DNA of 64,000 nt, from IMG/VR virus record IMGVR_UViG_3300005937_000267, positions 865 through 64,864 of that record, one strand, 5' to 3'. The translations under genes were made by a program, and so were the position numbers. A model generated the notes under the pieces. The model searched no databases. It was not told the DNA's origin and saw only the letters and a program-made list of their open reading frames with translations. Source of the DNA: a virus. Lineage: Duplodnaviria > Caudoviricetes. Of the stretch, positions 9,569 to 19,257 are shown one piece after another; position 1 is the stretch's first letter; each line of letters starts with the position of its first letter.

Positions 9569-9965
9569 GCTTCCTCATCTCCTCTCGCTCCCTGTCGCGG
9601 TCCCGGTTCCGGCGGACCGTCCAGAACGGCGCCCACAGGTCGTCGACGTCGGCGGGGTACGTGGTGTACGCGGTCGCCCGCGCCACGCTGACCCAGACCT
9701 CGTGGACCTCCATCTCGTAGACCCACGTGACGACCTCCTCCCACGACCAGGAGTCCACCGTGACGCGGGAGGTGGAGACCCAGGTCTCCGGCGCGGTCTT
9801 GAGGAACGCCGCCCTCAGCATGTGCTGCTCGTCGGCGTTGAACGGCCGCAGCCACGTGACGTAGATGATCGTCGCTATTGGCCAGTCGTCCGGGCCCATG
9901 GCCTTGACGTGCGCGAGCTTGGCCCTGACCTCGGCCAGCTCGATCTCGAGCTCCTTCTCGTTCAT
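9549..9965 (-). CDS. Hypothetical protein
   Basis: MNEKELEIEL... start after GAAGAGAGGAAG RBS. Confidence 0.6.
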   Translation of the reverse strand: MNEKELEIELAEVRAKLAHVKAMGPDDWPIATIIYVTWLRPFNADEQHMLRAAFLKTAPETWVSTSRVTVDSWSWEEVVTWVYEMEVHEVWVSVARATAYTTYPADVDDLWAPFWTVRRNRDRDREREEMRKRGQDRR

Positions 9966-10171
9966 GATCTTCCTCTCTTCATCATCAGGTATAGGTACGC
10001 CATGTAGGCTTCGCGGAGATCGCTGCGCATCTCCACGTAGGCCGCTATCCAGCCGATGAGCATCGACTGGGTCGCGGTGACGTGGGCGTGGCGGTACTCG
10101 TCCGCATCGTTCGGGACGAAGATCAGCAGCAGCGGGCGGCCGTCGTCGTGCCGGCAGGCGTCTCCCATCAT
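9962..10171 (-). CDS. Hypothetical protein
   Basis: 4-bp overlaps on both sides. Confidence 0.5.
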   Translation of the reverse strand: MMGDACRHDDGRPLLLIFVPNDADEYRHAHVTATQSMLIGWIAAYVEMRSDLREAYMAYLYLMMKRGRS

Positions 10172-10593
10172 GACCGCCGCCCCCTCGCATAGTCCATGAT
10201 CGTCTTGTGCGCCTCGAGCAGCGCGCTGCGGCAGCGCTTCTCAGCGCCTATATCTCGCCCGCCCTTTTCTTGTCCCGCTCCTGCGCTGAGGATGCCGCGC
10301 GCTAAGCGCCAGATCAAGATCGGACGGGACAGCTCGTTCAGGGTCCGCTCGAGGGCCTCGGCGTCGAACGGCTCCTCGCCGCCCGTCGCCTCGCGCACCT
10401 CGATGATGAACGTCCTGCCGTCCTCGGTGTCGACCATGATCGACTCCTGATCCTCGCTGAGGGTGTGACCCTTCCAGCGATACCATCCGGACTGCTTCAT
10501 GATCACGTGCAGCCCGATCGCGTAGTCCTTGGCTTCCATCGGCTTGTCCATCTTCCTCAGCCTCTCTAGCTCGTCCATGATCCGGCTCGTCAC
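10168..10593 (-). CDS. Hypothetical protein
   Basis: GTG start overlapping upstream stop (VTSRIMDELER...). Confidence 0.55.
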   Translation of the reverse strand: MTSRIMDELERLRKMDKPMEAKDYAIGLHVIMKQSGWYRWKGHTLSEDQESIMVDTEDGRTFIIEVREATGGEEPFDAEALERTLNELSRPILIWRLARGILSAGAGQEKGGRDIGAEKRCRSALLEAHKTIMDYARGRRS

Positions 10594-11330
10594 GACTCCA
10601 CCGATCCCCTCGCGAAGCTCGCCCTGCGGCCGGCCTCGTGCCCGGCGGTCTGGGCCCTGGCGTTGCCGAGCAGCTGGCGGTTGCGTCCGACCCGCGTGCT
10701 CGGGTACATCTGCTGGAAGCGCTGGTCGACCATCTGGCCGCGGTTCGCGAGCACCAGGTCGGTTCCCTTGGTGGTCCTGATCTCGGCGTCTCTCTGGGCC
10801 ACCAGGCGACGGTTGACCGCGGTGGCGAACGAGATGATGAACTGCCTCTTCATCTTGAACCGCTCCATCCCGGTGTAGTTCGGGATCGACCGGCGCTCGT
10901 TCTTCCACCAGACCTTGTACGCGTCCTCGCACTGGACCTTCAGCGACTCGAACAGCTGGCGGCCGCGCTCGAGGTCGTGCGTGAAGCCCACGAACGTGAC
11001 CTGGGTGAAGTTGTGGTCCTTGCCGGTGTAGATCGGCCTGATCGTCTTCGTCAAGCCGATCATGACGTACGTGGCGAGCGTCTCCCATCCCTGGTGGTAC
11101 TCGCCGGTGAGGTTCACCTCGACCTTGGTGACCTGGTCGACGAGCTTGATCTCGCCCTTCTGCCTGGCGGCCTCGATCAGGTGCGCCTCCTCGATGCCCC
11201 ACTTGATCATGAGACGCTCGGCCGCCTTGCTGAACGCCTCGGCCTCCTCGGGGTGGTTCGTGCTCTCGGCCTGGGCGAGCAGCGCGTTGATCTTGTCCGC
11301 GTACTTGTGCTCGGTCCTGGATACTGACAA
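10590..11330 (-). CDS. DUF2786-domain protein
   Basis: KINALLAQAESTNHPEEAEAFSKAAERLMIKWGIEE is the DUF2786 signature. Confidence 0.75.
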   Translation of the reverse strand: MSVSRTEHKYADKINALLAQAESTNHPEEAEAFSKAAERLMIKWGIEEAHLIEAARQKGEIKLVDQVTKVEVNLTGEYHQGWETLATYVMIGLTKTIRPIYTGKDHNFTQVTFVGFTHDLERGRQLFESLKVQCEDAYKVWWKNERRSIPNYTGMERFKMKRQFIISFATAVNRRLVAQRDAEIRTTKGTDLVLANRGQMVDQRFQQMYPSTRVGRNRQLLGNARAQTAGHEAGRRASFARGSVES

Positions 11331-11357
11331 TGTTCTCTTTCCTCTCTTCGGTGGTGA

Positions 11358-12035
11358 TCAGTAGTCGAGTCGGTTGAATCGGCGACGTCCGGCGATCTTG
11401 GCGATCGTCTCGCGCTGGACGTCTTCCAGTATGTTGCTGATCTGGCTGGTCGAGCGGCTGTCCCCGCGGAACCCGTCCATCAGGTTCTCGAGCGCGAGAT
11501 CGCGCCAGTGGTCGAACGCCTCGACCCAGTCTACGTACACGACTTCAGTGTCTGTCTCTCGCTCGGCCTGCCTCTGCATGCCGTCGCGCATCGAGATGAT
11601 CGCTCTCTTGACGTAGTGCTCGGCCTGCGCGTGGATCAGACGCGAGTACGTGAAGTGGTAGCGATCGACCTCGTACCCGCCCTCGATCTCCTTGGCGAAC
11701 TGCGACTGCGCGTGCGCCCACTCTTCGTCCGCGTCCTTCACGAAGTCGTAGATCGTCTGGTTGCGGTACTCGCGGCGCTGTTCCGCGCGCTCGTCCTCGG
11801 TCGGCTCCTCGCGGATGACCTCGACCTCGGAGTCGAGCTCCTCGCGGAAGATCAGCTTCGCGCCCTCGTCGCGGGCCTCGACCCACTTGGTGCCGCGCTT
11901 GATCTCCCTCGCGACCATGATCGACATCTGGCCCAGAGCCGTGGACCAGACGACTCCGCCTGGCTTGTCGACGACGACGTTCTCGCCGGCGCGCACTTCC
12001 TGGACCTTGATCGTCTTGACGATGGTGACGGGCAT
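11358..12035 (-). CDS. Hypothetical protein
   Basis: MPVTIVKTIKV... start follows CCGAAGAGAGGAAA element. Confidence 0.6.
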   Translation of the reverse strand: MPVTIVKTIKVQEVRAGENVVVDKPGGVVWSTALGQMSIMVAREIKRGTKWVEARDEGAKLIFREELDSEVEVIREEPTEDERAEQRREYRNQTIYDFVKDADEEWAHAQSQFAKEIEGGYEVDRYHFTYSRLIHAQAEHYVKRAIISMRDGMQRQAERETDTEVVYVDWVEAFDHWRDLALENLMDGFRGDSRSTSQISNILEDVQRETIAKIAGRRRFNRLDY

Positions 12036-12078
12036 TGCTACTTTCCTCTCTTCGGGCTTGGGTTTGTTGATCTTGGAA

Positions 12079-12231
12079 TTATTCGTGGGTGCAGACGTCT
12101 TGGCTACAGTTCCACACGACGGGCTCATTGCAGCACCGGCTGTATCCCTGGAACTCGGGATCAGTGCCGGTATCGATGTCTTCGGGCTCAGTGGAACCGC
12201 AGCTCTTGCAGTGGTTCTCGTCGATGATCAT
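12079..12231 (-). CDS. Small Cys-rich (Zn-ribbon-like) protein
   Basis: MIIDENHCKSCG...RCCNEP...CTHE after CCGAAGAGAGGAAG element. Confidence 0.5.
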   Translation of the reverse strand: MIIDENHCKSCGSTEPEDIDTGTDPEFQGYSRCCNEPVVWNCSQDVCTHE

Positions 12232-12283
12232 TCTTTCTTTCTTCCTCTCTTCGGGATCAGCGACCGATTGTCGCCTCGGCGAC

Positions 12284-12312
12284 ATCCTACCCAAAGATGT
12301 GAAACTAGTCAA
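12284..12312 (-). promoter_or_regulatory. SigA-type early promoter
   Basis: TTGACT-17 bp-TAGGAT on - strand. Confidence 0.8.
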
Positions 12313-12340
12313 CAGGTTTTCTCAGATGGTGGATAGAATC

Positions 12341-12583
12341 TCACGCCGCCCGCCTGCCCGACGGCCTACCGCCTTGTGAGGGTACGTATCTCCGCCACCA
12401 GAGCAGGACCTCACGCGGGCTGAAGACGTCCGACAAGACCCCCCGCCGGCGCTCCTCGACCCCCACTCGATCCGGGAACCCGTTCCTGGTCCTGCGACTG
12501 TGCCACGCCCAGATCTGCTGCTTGGAGACGCCGAGGAGGTCAGCCAGCTCGGACTTGGTCATCGTCTTGTTCATCATGGTCAT
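12341..12583 (-). CDS. HTH DNA-binding protein (excisionase/AlpA-like)
   Basis: MTKSELADLLGVSKQQIWAW...GFPD...VFSPREV. Confidence 0.65.
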   Translation of the reverse strand: MTMMNKTMTKSELADLLGVSKQQIWAWHSRRTRNGFPDRVGVEERRRGVLSDVFSPREVLLWWRRYVPSQGGRPSGRRAA

Positions 12584-12586
12584 CTC

Positions 12587-14833
12587 CTACAGCATGTTGC
12601 TTCCGAGGAACGGCGTCGACACAACGATGCCGATGTACATCTCGCGATTCCCCTCATCCAAGATCGTCTTGAACCCCTTGTCGCGCATCATAGTCGCGAA
12701 TTGCTGGCGACTCGGCATCCTGATCACTCCGACGTTGCTGCACCAGATGCGGTACGCCATGTACGCCGCGTTCAGCGCGGTGTTGGTGCCGTCGGACTGG
12801 CGCACGCACTCGTCGACGAACTGCTGCATCTGGTCCTGCTCCTGGTGGTACTCGAACACGGCGGCAGTCACCGGTAGCGGCTGCTTGAGCCCGTCACGGT
12901 ACCACTCCATCGCGCCCTTCACCGCCCACGCCAGCACCGCCTTGCCTCCGACGTCGGGGTCGCGGAGCATGATCTTGAGCTTCTTGCTGCGCTTCTCGGG
13001 CGGAACCGCGTTCGGAAACTTGATCAGCTTGATCCTCCGCCACAGCCCGTCGTCACGCGCCATCGGTGTGTGGTTCGTGCCGATCCAGAGCTTGAACTTC
13101 GGCTCGAACTCGAACGGGTTCTCGTAGAGGAACTTCCCCGTGATGCGGCTGTCGCCGGTGACGGCCTTGATCAAGTTTTCGTTGAACGCCTGGCCCTGCT
13201 TGGTCTCGGACATGGAGACCAGCCGCATACCCGCCATCCTGGCCAGCTCCACCTGCGGCTGCTGACCTCCCTTCGTCCACATGAACGTGTCCGGCGACGT
13301 CGCAGTGGCGTAAGAGCCGAGCGCCGCGTGCATGGCGTCCAGCAGCGTGCTCTTCCCGGACGCCGGCGGACCCCAGATCATGAACAGGCACTCGTCCTCG
13401 TGCCTGCCCGTGAGGGAGTACCCGCATGCCCGGCGCATGTACTCCATCAGCTCCTCGTCGCCGTTGCACGAGTCCCACAGGAACTGCTCCCACTCCGGAA
13501 GCTGGAACTCGGGATCGTAGATCACTCCGGTGTTCTTCGTCACGAGATCGTTCCGGTCCGGGAGCCTGATCGATCCGTCTCGCAGGTCGACGATCCCGTT
13601 CCGGCACGACAGCAGATGATCCTCGGCGTCGAACGCCACCACCGATCTCCTGATCTCCGGCTCGTCCTTGGCGACCGAGAGAGCGTTGTTCATCGTCCCG
13701 ACGGCCTGGCATCTTCGCGCCCACTCGGCGTACCTGCCGAGCGTCTTCATGTCCGCGCCCTCGGCCTCCAGCTGACGCGCCTCGTCGATCACCAGCTCGC
13801 TGAGGTTGTGCGTCAGCGCCGCGGTCCATCCCATGTCGTCGCGCTGCCAGCCGACGTCCGTCCAGACCATCCATCCCCAGCCCGAGACGTAGGTCACGTC
13901 CCTGCCGTACTCCTCGATGTACCGCTTTCCGTTGCCGAGGTCCGTGAGCGGGTGCCTGGTCGTGATCCCCTTGTCGGCGTCGAGCTGGCCGCTCGGCGCG
14001 CCCGTCGCCCAGTCCACGAAGCTGTCGTCGTGATCTTGCCGCCACGCCTGCTCGACCTTCCGCAGCGCCTCCTCGTCAGGGAACGGCGGCGAGCAGCCGC
14101 GGGCCGCCTTCAAGATCGCCATCTCGACGATGTCGCGGGCGCCGTCTCCGAGCTGACGCCTGAGCCGGCACGCGAGGCGGAACAGCTCGTCGTCGCGCCT
14201 CCCCTCGGGGACGCCCTTGAGGATCTCAGACGTGTCCGGCAGGTCGCCGCGGGTCGAATTAGCAGCCGACTGTCGAGAGAGGTCTGAGACGACGTCTGGC
14301 GGCATCAGGACGGGCCTCTCACCCCAGTTGACCCAGGCGTACCGGCCGCCGCTGAAGTGCTCGCCCTCGGGTAGGACCACGTAGCCGCCGTCGGACTTGA
14401 CGTCGACGCCCTTCAGCCACCTGCCCCGGTTGTCCCCCTTGATGGTCGCGTCCGGCGGGTACGCGTAGAAGAGGTGCCGTCCGCCGCCTCCGGTCGACGA
14501 CCGCAGGGTCTCCGGCAGCGGGCCGTCCTGGCGGTTCTGCTCGTACTCCTCGATGGAGTCGAAGCCCCCGTTCCGGGGGTCGATGTCGATCACCACCACG
14601 CCGTTGGCGCGCCCGGTCGCCAGCGCCCAGTTACACCAGGGCCAGCGGGCCAGCCAGGCTCTGATCGTCTCCTGGCTGGCGGTGGCGTCCTTGAACCCGT
14701 TCTGGGTCAGCGGGTGCTTGCCGGGGGACTGGCAGTTGATGCCCTTGGGGCACGTGCACTGGCCTCGCTGTATGGAGTGGCAGGGAAAGATCTGCCATCC
14801 GTAGTGCGTGATGTAGTCGTACGGCGAGGTCAA
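12587..14833 (-). CDS. Bifunctional primase/polymerase (Prim-Pol) fused to D5/P4-type SF3 helicase
   Basis: GKHPL, VIDIDPRNGG, GGRHLFY, GGYVV (Prim-Pol); GPPASGKST Walker A; KLWIGTNH. Confidence 0.9.
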   Translation of the reverse strand: MTSPYDYITHYGWQIFPCHSIQRGQCTCPKGINCQSPGKHPLTQNGFKDATASQETIRAWLARWPWCNWALATGRANGVVVIDIDPRNGGFDSIEEYEQNRQDGPLPETLRSSTGGGGRHLFYAYPPDATIKGDNRGRWLKGVDVKSDGGYVVLPEGEHFSGGRYAWVNWGERPVLMPPDVVSDLSRQSAANSTRGDLPDTSEILKGVPEGRRDDELFRLACRLRRQLGDGARDIVEMAILKAARGCSPPFPDEEALRKVEQAWRQDHDDSFVDWATGAPSGQLDADKGITTRHPLTDLGNGKRYIEEYGRDVTYVSGWGWMVWTDVGWQRDDMGWTAALTHNLSELVIDEARQLEAEGADMKTLGRYAEWARRCQAVGTMNNALSVAKDEPEIRRSVVAFDAEDHLLSCRNGIVDLRDGSIRLPDRNDLVTKNTGVIYDPEFQLPEWEQFLWDSCNGDEELMEYMRRACGYSLTGRHEDECLFMIWGPPASGKSTLLDAMHAALGSYATATSPDTFMWTKGGQQPQVELARMAGMRLVSMSETKQGQAFNENLIKAVTGDSRITGKFLYENPFEFEPKFKLWIGTNHTPMARDDGLWRRIKLIKFPNAVPPEKRSKKLKIMLRDPDVGGKAVLAWAVKGAMEWYRDGLKQPLPVTAAVFEYHQEQDQMQQFVDECVRQSDGTNTALNAAYMAYRIWCSNVGVIRMPSRQQFATMMRDKGFKTILDEGNREMYIGIVVSTPFLGSNML

Positions 14834-14849
14834 CGCGCGCTCCCCAAGA

Positions 14850-15092
14850 TCAGCTAGTTTCGTCGAGTTCGATCTTGTCTGTCAGGACGCTGATCATATG
14901 GCCGGTCCTGGCGTGGTTGTCACGAAACGATGTCTCCATCGCGGCGACGTGCCGGCCTACGGCGGCCGCGTCGTCCCAGGCTACGCCGACCAGCACATCC
15001 ATCCGGAGCACGGCCACGACCGTGCCCTTGTGCGCGAACCCGCAGGTGCAGACGACTCTGTCTCCCTGTCTCAAGCTCTTCATCGTGATCAC
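14850..15092 (-). CDS. Hypothetical protein
   Basis: 80 aa ORF in operon with 4-bp overlap. Confidence 0.5.
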   Translation of the reverse strand: MITMKSLRQGDRVVCTCGFAHKGTVVAVLRMDVLVGVAWDDAAAVGRHVAAMETSFRDNHARTGHMISVLTDKIELDETS

Positions 15093-15637
15093 CCGACCAG
15101 AATCCCGCGCTCGTCCAGCCAGTTCACCGCCCGATCTAGGGTCGGTACGTCTGCCGCCGTGACGGTGATCGACAACCGGCCGTCGTCCTTGATCGGCGAG
15201 ACGTCGACGCCGTACAGGTCTCTGATCGTCTCGGCCGCGTCGTCACCGTCGCGCCCTCCGACCTTGAGCTTGACGTCGACCTTGTGCGTGCTCCGGATCG
15301 GCAGCGCGATCCGGCTCGGACTGGTGATCAGCGTGGCGGGACCGACTATCTTCTTCTGCTCAGGCGTCGGGACGATGCCGCTACCCGGGCACGTCTCGTC
15401 TCCTCGCTCATGATCGTAGAACCACCCCTCCGGGTGTACCTCGACGCTCTTGCCGCAGTACCAGCAGTGCCTGTGTCTGATCTGCGGCGCGTCCTCGGAC
15501 GGGTAGTCGCCCATCGGCTGGCCCGAGGTAGTGCACCGGACGTTGTTCTTGTGGTGCTCGCCGATCGTGCCGTCGAGCCTGATCCTGACGAGGTAGTGGC
15601 ACACGGGGCAACGGTAGGTCTTCTTCTCACTCGTCAC
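15089..15637 (-). CDS. Hypothetical protein with two CxxC/H Zn-finger-like motifs
   Basis: CPVC...HHK..C and CWYC...HER..C. Confidence 0.6.
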   Translation of the reverse strand: MTSEKKTYRCPVCHYLVRIRLDGTIGEHHKNNVRCTTSGQPMGDYPSEDAPQIRHRHCWYCGKSVEVHPEGWFYDHERGDETCPGSGIVPTPEQKKIVGPATLITSPSRIALPIRSTHKVDVKLKVGGRDGDDAAETIRDLYGVDVSPIKDDGRLSITVTAADVPTLDRAVNWLDERGILVG

Positions 15638-15899
15638 TGGTCGCCACCTCCCTCAAGATCGCGGTGAACCTGCCGACCGGTCGCCATCCTCCCACGACCA
15701 CGTGGCCGACCAGCCCCTCGTCGGGATCGAAGCTGAGCTGTACCGAGACGTCGCTGCTGATCAGCTTCGGCTTGACGACCTCGAGCACTAAGATCGCTAT
15801 CTCCTCGGTGCTGCCGACCTTGACCGGGAACGGCTCGACTCGCTCGCCGCGCCCGACGGCGTCGCCCTCGAACTTGACGGTGTAAGTGTCTTTTCTCAT
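15627..15899 (-). CDS. Hypothetical protein
   Basis: MRKDTYTVKFEG..., overlaps both neighbours. Confidence 0.55.
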   Translation of the reverse strand: MRKDTYTVKFEGDAVGRGERVEPFPVKVGSTEEIAILVLEVVKPKLISSDVSVQLSFDPDEGLVGHVVVGGWRPVGRFTAILREVATSDE

Positions 15900-16138
15900 A
15901 TCAAGCCCATCGGTAGCACCACGATCACGTTGCCGGACTCGGGCTTGACGGCGAGGCTGGTCAAGTGACCCTGCGACGTCTCGACCGCCATGATCTCGAT
16001 CCCGTCGTCGCGGTCCATCAGCCGCCAGCTGTTGCCCTGCTTGTCGACCACCTCGAAGTATTTCCGCTCGACGACGACCTCTTCGTGGCTGCGACCCCCG
16101 ACGGGGGCCTTCATTCCTCTGTGAAACTTGATCTTCAT
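15896..16138 (-). CDS. Hypothetical protein
   Basis: Start after GAAGAGAGGAAA element. Confidence 0.55.
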   Translation of the reverse strand: MKIKFHRGMKAPVGGRSHEEVVVERKYFEVVDKQGNSWRLMDRDDGIEIMAVETSQGHLTSLAVKPESGNVIVVLPMGLI

Positions 16139-16271
16139 TGCTATTTCCTCTCTTCTGATTCGCTAGGTGAAGGATCCCCGGCGGCAAGGGACTCGTGTTA
16201 TTTTTCGGCGCCGGGGACCCGGTCAGTGGGCTAGTCGATCACCGCCTCGTGCAGTTGATCGTGCATCTGCC

Positions 16272-16898
16272 TCACCACCCCATCTTCTCGGCGCATACCG
16301 GCCCGATGCCGCGGGCGCGGGACTCGTCGTCCGTGAGGCGCCGGCCGCAGTGGCCGCACCGGCTGGTCTCTTTGCCGAACAAGATCATCGCGGCCCTGGG
16401 GTCTGCGGCGATCAGCTCGAGAATCCTGCGCGCGCCCTCGCCGCGGACGGGCATCTTCTCGTCTGACTTGTACTGGCTGACGAACGTCCGGCCGGCCCAG
16501 CGACCCTGGGTCGGGCGATCGATCTTGAAGAACGCGACCTCGTTCTTGTAGCCGTCGAGGCCCTCGAGAGCGTACCGGCCCTCGGCGACGTCTGGGTACG
16601 CCTTGGGCTGGGGGGACTGTCGCTGAGCGGCCTGCTTGGACTGCAGCGGCTTGAGGACGTCGATGAGATCGCCGACGTCGCGGTGCTCGAGCGTGAGCGG
16701 GTCGGTCTCGGAGTCGAGCAGCGCCATGACGATCGAACGCCAGGCGGCGGGATTGAGCCGGCTGGTCTGGCGGTCGTTGATCAAGAACCGAGCGTAGTTG
16801 ATCATCTTCTCAGTCGCTGGCCGGTGGGCTAGCATGCGCAGAGCCTGGGCGTCTGCGCCCGCGAGTGTGGTAGGGGCTGGGAGTGCGGGATGAGCCAT
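16272..16898 (-). CDS. DUF6011-like Zn-finger protein
   Basis: C-terminal CGHCGRRLTDDESRARGIGPVC. Confidence 0.7.
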   Translation of the reverse strand: MAHPALPAPTTLAGADAQALRMLAHRPATEKMINYARFLINDRQTSRLNPAAWRSIVMALLDSETDPLTLEHRDVGDLIDVLKPLQSKQAAQRQSPQPKAYPDVAEGRYALEGLDGYKNEVAFFKIDRPTQGRWAGRTFVSQYKSDEKMPVRGEGARRILELIAADPRAAMILFGKETSRCGHCGRRLTDDESRARGIGPVCAEKMGW

Positions 16899-16942
16899 CG
16901 GGGGTTCCTTTCTTCCTCTCTTCGGTGTGTGGCTTCAGCCAC

Positions 16943-16971
16943 ATCTTACCGAGACGCCGCCAACTAGTCAA
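16943..16971 (-). promoter_or_regulatory. SigA-type early promoter
   Basis: TTGACT-17 bp-TAAGAT on - strand; shares 17-bp AACTAGTCAACAGGTTT with the 12.3 kb promoter. Confidence 0.8.
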
Positions 16972-17232
16972 CAGGTTTCGCTCGGATCCTGGACGACTAC
17001 CTGTGCGCCCTGCCCGTAGCCTCGCAGACAGCGCCGCTGAGCAAGGGTTTCTCGCGCTTGTGCGGGACGTAAGCGGCGTCGACCCAGACCCACCGGAGCT
17101 GGTCGAAGAACAGCGTCCACTCGCCCCGTGAGTTCTTGATGATCATCCATCCGCAGTCCTCGCAGCGCTTCCACGGATGACCGCCGCCCCCAGCGTCCCC
17201 CGCCTGCTGGGAGTCGGCGACGTCCGTCCCTC

Positions 17233-17805
17233 TTACCGAGGGTTTGCGGGCTGGGATCTCTCCGCCTCGACCCGGTCGAGCGCGTCGTTGACGATCTTGC
17301 GCTCGTCCTCGGTGGTTCGCACCCCGTCGTGCTCGATGCGGTAGATCTTCGCGTGCGTCAGCCCGGCGGCGTCCGCTAGCTTCTGGCGCGATATCCCGAG
17401 CCCCTTACGGCGCTCCTCGATGCTCGGCATTGGTCTCTCCTCTTGTCTCTCAGTCGTGAGATCTTCTCGATCCCCATACAGGTCGTACTCGACGTCGCTG
17501 TCGAGACTCTGGTGGCGCCACACTCTGGCGGTGGCGCCCGTGATCTTGCTGGTGATCACCTCTGGCGTCCAGCTGTACCCCTCCATGATCTCTTGGTGCT
17601 CGAGAAGAGTGGTGAGGGCGTACGCCTTGCCGTCCAGCTCGCCTCCGAGGAAGTAGTTCAGCATCTTGTCCCCGAGGCTGCGGACCCAGTGCTCGCGGGG
17701 CTTCCCGCACTGCACGTGAATCCACCATCTTGAACCGTTGGACTCACCCCCTAGATTGACGAAGGGTGGGTCCGCGGGTCGGCACGTGCACACCATGCTG
17801 TACAC
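17233..17805 (-). CDS. Hypothetical protein with C-terminal Xre-type HTH (possible internal start at 17430)
   Basis: IEERRKGLGISRQKLADAAGLTHAKIYRIE; AGGAGAG precedes ATG at 17430. Confidence 0.65.
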   Translation of the reverse strand: MYSMVCTCRPADPPFVNLGGESNGSRWWIHVQCGKPREHWVRSLGDKMLNYFLGGELDGKAYALTTLLEHQEIMEGYSWTPEVITSKITGATARVWRHQSLDSDVEYDLYGDREDLTTERQEERPMPSIEERRKGLGISRQKLADAAGLTHAKIYRIEHDGVRTTEDERKIVNDALDRVEAERSQPANPR

Positions 17806-17859
17806 CTGTCGATCTCCCTTCTCGCCGGCTTCGATGGGGACCCTATCTCACGCGGTCGA

Positions 17860-19257
17860 CTACGCGACCCGCTCTGATAAACTTCCCGGAAGCCTGTCTC
17901 TGTACTTGTTCTTCACGTCGATCGTCGTCTCCCGATCTCCCGACTCCTCGCCGGTGATCGATCCGGGCGTGCCCTCCAGCGCCAGCCGCGCGAAGTGCGC
18001 GATCCACCGGCCAGCGTGGACGGGCACGCCCTTTCCCCATCCCGGCCCAAGATCAGCTGCGTGACGGACAGGGAAGATCTGCCACGCGTCCGGGAACCCC
18101 TGTATCCTGGCGATCTCGCGGTGCGTCAGCGTCCTCGGTTGCCGCGGGTGCACGACCGCGTTGGCCGCCCCGCCCGTCACCACGTTCGCCGGTCTCTCGC
18201 CGCGCCACCTGATCGGCTGGTTGTGCCCCATCGAGAAGTCGGTCTCCACGAGCCTCTCGTCCTTCATGATCGGCTGCACGACGATCTTGCCGTCGTGGTC
18301 GACCTTCTTGAACGACACGTACCGCCAAGATCGCGGAAGCTGTCCGTGATCTTCGTAGTACCGACGCAGCACGTCCGAGATCCGCTCCCCCTGCCGCCAC
18401 GGGGAGACCCCGTCGACCTCGCGCGCCAGCTCCTCGATGCGCGCCAGCATCGGCGGCCTGATCACGTCGTGGCCGTCCACGATGCCGGACCCGTCGTGCA
18501 CGTGGTCGCGGCACCACTGGGAGGCGTCGACGACGTCGGTCTTGGTGATCACGAACTCATCGACGTCGAAGTCCCAGTCCACGCCCGGTATCGCGGACGG
18601 GTACATCTGCGGCAGCATCGTCTGGCTGAGCGGCTCGAGGTCTCTGATCACGTCGTCGAGGGACGGCACCGTGTGGGGATCGTAGACGACCAGCTGATCA
18701 TGGATGAAGTCCCATCGCGTGTTGACGTCGTCGACGCCGAACTCCACGCGGGACGCCACCCAGAAGTACCGCTTCCTGATCGAGCAGCCCCCGGTGCTGG
18801 CGTTGTTCATCAGCACGTGGTACAGCTGGTAGCGAAGCCCAGTCATCTCCTCGAGCTTGTCCCTGAGCTGACGCATCAGCCCGCGGCCCTGCGTGTAGGC
18901 CTGCTGGACGGACTCGAAGATCACGATCTCCGGGCTCACGCGGCCGGCGTACGTGACCAGCTCCCACATGCACTCGTTGATCACCGAGTCCTCGCCTCGG
19001 AACTTCTTCGGCGACAGGGTGCTGAACCCGGAGCACGGTGGGTTGCCGAAGACCATCTGCACGTCGTCCTCGACTGTCCAGTGATCGGGAGGCTCGGCCT
19101 GCGACTCCCAGTGATCGCCGAGCAGCTGGCGGTTGGCCAGCGTGTTCAGCACGCCGAACCCGACGTATCGGGACTTCTTCGCGACCAGCTCCCACCCGGC
19201 CTGCACGGCGCCAAGCGTGAAGCCGCCCCCGAACCCGTGGACGTCGACGGCTCTCAC
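17860..19257 (-). CDS. DNA cytosine-C5 methyltransferase-like protein (atypical motif I)
   Basis: FGNPPCSGFS (motif IV), IFESV (VI), IRKRYFWVA (VIII), RTLTHREIARIQGFPD (IX), GKGVP (X); GTG start overlapping upstream stop. Confidence 0.8.
   Translation of the reverse strand: MRAVDVHGFGGGFTLGAVQAGWELVAKKSRYVGFGVLNTLANRQLLGDHWESQAEPPDHWTVEDDVQMVFGNPPCSGFSTLSPKKFRGEDSVINECMWELVTYAGRVSPEIVIFESVQQAYTQGRGLMRQLRDKLEEMTGLRYQLYHVLMNNASTGGCSIRKRYFWVASRVEFGVDDVNTRWDFIHDQLVVYDPHTVPSLDDVIRDLEPLSQTMLPQMYPSAIPGVDWDFDVDEFVITKTDVVDASQWCRDHVHDGSGIVDGHDVIRPPMLARIEELAREVDGVSPWRQGERISDVLRRYYEDHGQLPRSWRYVSFKKVDHDGKIVVQPIMKDERLVETDFSMGHNQPIRWRGERPANVVTGGAANAVVHPRQPRTLTHREIARIQGFPDAWQIFPVRHAADLGPGWGKGVPVHAGRWIAHFARLALEGTPGSITGEESGDRETTIDVKNKYRDRLPGSLSERVA

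Noticed and set aside
13070-14287. Long antisense and alternate-frame ORFs (e.g. 13070-14287 +, 17995-19422 +, 24521-26101 +, 40777-42381 -, 46042-47583 -)
   Set aside because: Shadow ORFs expected from high GC3 codon bias opposite well-supported genes; no motifs
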